Under the pieces are notes generated by a model. That model searched no databases. It was given only the letters and a program-made list of their open reading frames with translations, and had not been told where the DNA came from. Below, piece by piece: positions 61,386 to 64,000 of a stretch of DNA of 64,000 nt. Within the stretch, counting starts at the first letter, position 1. Every line of letters starts with the position of its first letter. The position numbers and the translations under genes are program-made. Source of the stretch: Octopus sinensis (taxonomy: Eukaryota). Where the stretch lies: the NCBI RefSeq assembly GCF_006345805.1, contig NC_043003.1:434001-498000 (forward strand), written 5' to 3'.

Positions 61386-61492
61386 TTAAATTTTCCTCGA
61401 ATGAGGCTTTTACATGCCGAAATCTACTTGGTGTAATTAATAATTATTCCAAATTAATTAATATCACCCTATATTGTTACTATATATATATA

Positions 61493-61548
<56 letters not shown>

Positions 61549-61587
61549 GTATATATATGTGTATGTATATATGTATATGTATATATG

Positions 61588-61618
<31 letters not shown>

Positions 61619-61824
61619 GTATGAAATCAAATCTGAATCTGTAGACCAATTCCAGTGAACTGGGCCTAGCAACATTCTATTTTCAGCTGTTACAGACATG
61701 TAACCGAAGTGTCTTTGATGTTATCCAAGTTATTACCTCCACCCCCTCCCACCATCCATCTCTTCTATCTGCTGCTAACAGTAAATAAAATCATAAATTC
61801 CAATAAAACTGATTGTAATTAGTA

Positions 61825-61850
61825 GTGATGGTGGTGGTGGTGGTAGTAGC

Positions 61851-61894
<44 letters not shown>

Positions 61895-61947
61895 CAGTAG
61901 TAGTAGTAGTTGTGGTAGTAGTTGTAGTAGTAGTAGTAGTAGTAGTA
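61825..61947. repeat. (GGT)/(GTA)n trinucleotide tract
   Basis: Directly visible; explains the poly-L/poly-T ORFs. Confidence 0.95.
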
Positions 61948-62294
61948 CAGTAAACTGAAACTTCTCTTTGCTCCTCCCCCACCCCACAGTGGTGGCCTAC
62001 CCCTATCTTGGAGTGGGAGGAAGAGAGAGAGGGAGAGTGTGTGCGCTTGTGTGTGTGTGGAACAGCCTATCGTATGTACTAATCTAATTTAGTGCTTACT
62101 GCCTGCATAGTTTACCGAAATTGGTAAAGAGAACCATCTAGATTCCAGTCAGCTGAACTTTCATCTGTTTGCACCAACCAACCAATCTGAAGGTTACAGC
62201 TGCTTCCTCTGCCCCCCCCCTCACCCCCACCCCTTCTCTCTCTCTTTCTTCCTCTGCCCACACACAATCACTCTTTTGATTCTTCTCATGTGTT

Positions 62295-62346
62295 CATATA
62301 TATATATATATAGATATGTATTTGTATGTATACGTATGTATGTATA

Positions 62347-62385
<39 letters not shown>

Positions 62386-62406
62386 ATGTGTATGTATGTA
62401 TGTGTG

Positions 62407-62463
<57 letters not shown>

Positions 62464-62715
62464 GTATGTATGTATGTGTATGTATGTATGTATGTGTGTA
62501 TGTGTATGTATATATATATATATATTTATACAAATATGTGTGTGTACATGTATGAGTATGTATATATATGTAAATACACATGCACATACACACACATGCA
62601 CACACATACATATATAATACAGATATACATATGCACACATATACCAGTGCATATATACATATTTCTGTGTATATGTATATATATATATTTGTGTATATGC
62701 ATATATATACATGTG
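62295..62715. repeat. (TA)/(TATG)/(CA) compound microsatellite
   Basis: Directly visible. Confidence 0.93.
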
Positions 62716-63021
62716 CATCTATCTGTCTATGTATATAAAGAACAACTAGATGGGTTTTGTTTTGCATGTACCCAATTTTATCGGTTGAGCACACAATAAA
62801 TGTATATATGAAGAATTTGAGGACCTAACATTGGACAGCATCTCCAAAATGCTGCAACCCTGAAAACATCAAATTCCTCTTCTTACTGAGACTCATAAAC
62901 TTCACTGCATGTATGGATATATTATACATGTGTATGTGTGTATATATATATATATTATATATATATATATATATATACATACATACAACATATATATATA
63001 TATATATATACATATATATAT

Positions 63022-63468
63022 ACAGCTGGATGCCCTTCCTAACGCCAACCACTCTGAGAGTGTAGTGGGTGATTTTATGTGCCACCGACACAGGTGCCAG
63101 ATGAGGCTGGCAGACGGTCATGCTCGAATGGTGTTTTTTATGTGCCACCGACACAGGTGCCAGACGAGGCTGGCAGACGGCCACGCTCGGAGGGTGTTTT
63201 TTATGTGCCACCGACACAGGTGCCAGACAAGGCTGGCGAACGGCTACAATCGGATGGTGTTTGTTACGTGCCCACAGCACGGGGCCAGTCGATGCGATAC
63301 TGGCTACGGTCACGTTCGGATGGTTTTCTTATGTGCCACCGGCACTGTTACCACAAGGATACAAATTCCATTGATATTCATCTATTTGATTTGATTCGAT
63401 TTGACTTGACTTTCACTTGCCTCAACAGGTCTTCACAAGTATCACAAGCAGGAAGGTATGCACCTTCA
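63022..63468 (-). mobile_element. SINE family D, 5'-complete, 3' end lost in a (TA)n tract
   Basis: Head GAAGGTGCATACC at 63468; 63-bp sub-repeats at 63081, 63144, 63207. Confidence 0.88.
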
Positions 63469-63551
63469 TATATATACATATATATACATACATATATATA
63501 TATATATATTATATATATATAATATATATATAATATATATATTATATATAT

Positions 63552-63641
<90 letters not shown>

Positions 63642-63659
63642 TAATATATATATATATAA

Positions 63660-63714
<55 letters not shown>

Positions 63715-63740
63715 CATATATATATAATATATATATATAT

Positions 63741-63773
<33 letters not shown>

Positions 63774-63783
63774 TATATATATA

Positions 63784-63826
<43 letters not shown>
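63469..63826. repeat. Long imperfect (TA)n tract
   Basis: Directly visible. Confidence 0.97.
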
Positions 63827-63829
<3 letters not shown>

Positions 63830-63877
63830 TTCACATCTTCTCTGCAATAATTAATACTCAAAACATTTTCTCGCACC

Positions 63878-63924
63878 GTCTCTGATGAAGGGATATATCA
63901 GATATCCCGAAACAGCTGTAAGAC
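63878..63924 (+). ncRNA. Minimal type I hammerhead ribozyme (Penelope-type), apparently intact
   Basis: GTCT-CTGATGA-A-GGGATAT(ATCAG)ATATCCC-GAAA-C-AGCT-GTA-AGAC: stem I GTCT/AGAC, 7-bp stem II, palindromic stem III ACAGCTGT, GUA cleavage triplet ending at 63920. Confidence 0.85.
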
Positions 63925-64000
63925 TTTTCTTGATAAATGTTCTGGAAACTATTGACAGCCTTGGATTTTTATCTCATTCTGTCAATTATATACATATATA

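Noticed and set aside
61394-61432. CGAATGA-GGC...GCC-GAAA hammerhead-like motif
   Set aside because: Stem II and GAAA are present, but the 5' core has two mismatches and I found no stem I or NUH.
59700-63876. Many Ile/Tyr- and Val/Cys-rich ORFs (also at 112-498, 1363-1935, 9910-10515, 31677-32348)
   Set aside because: Stop-free microsatellite translations.

Overview
Repeat-saturated, AT-rich animal genomic DNA. The repeat families and microsatellite load point to an octopus (coleoid cephalopod) nuclear locus; this is an inference from recalled repeat families, not a database search. Nearly all ORFs in the supplied track are translations of microsatellites or SINEs. Contents: many (TA)n/(CA)n/(TATG)n/(CT)n/(CAT)n tracts and several minisatellites; four recurrent SINE-like families; decayed RTE and other LINE fragments; mariner remnants; hAT-, piggyBac- and mariner-type MITEs; several long foldbacks. 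The only convincing host coding exon is a + strand first coding exon (ATG 54802, donor after 54863) encoding MSSLEERREARRRKRMQEES, resembling the N-terminus of molluscan troponin I. A CpG-poor block at ~15-41 kb suggests a methylated gene body whose exons I could not identify. The most interesting signal is a set of Penelope-type minimal hammerhead ribozymes: one apparently intact (63878-63924), several decayed, and one forming the tail of a tRNA-headed SINE-like element with an inverted partner copy (28851-29961), i.e. a candidate Pol III-driven, ribozyme-bearing non-autonomous retroelement. All repeat boundaries were read by eye and are approximate.
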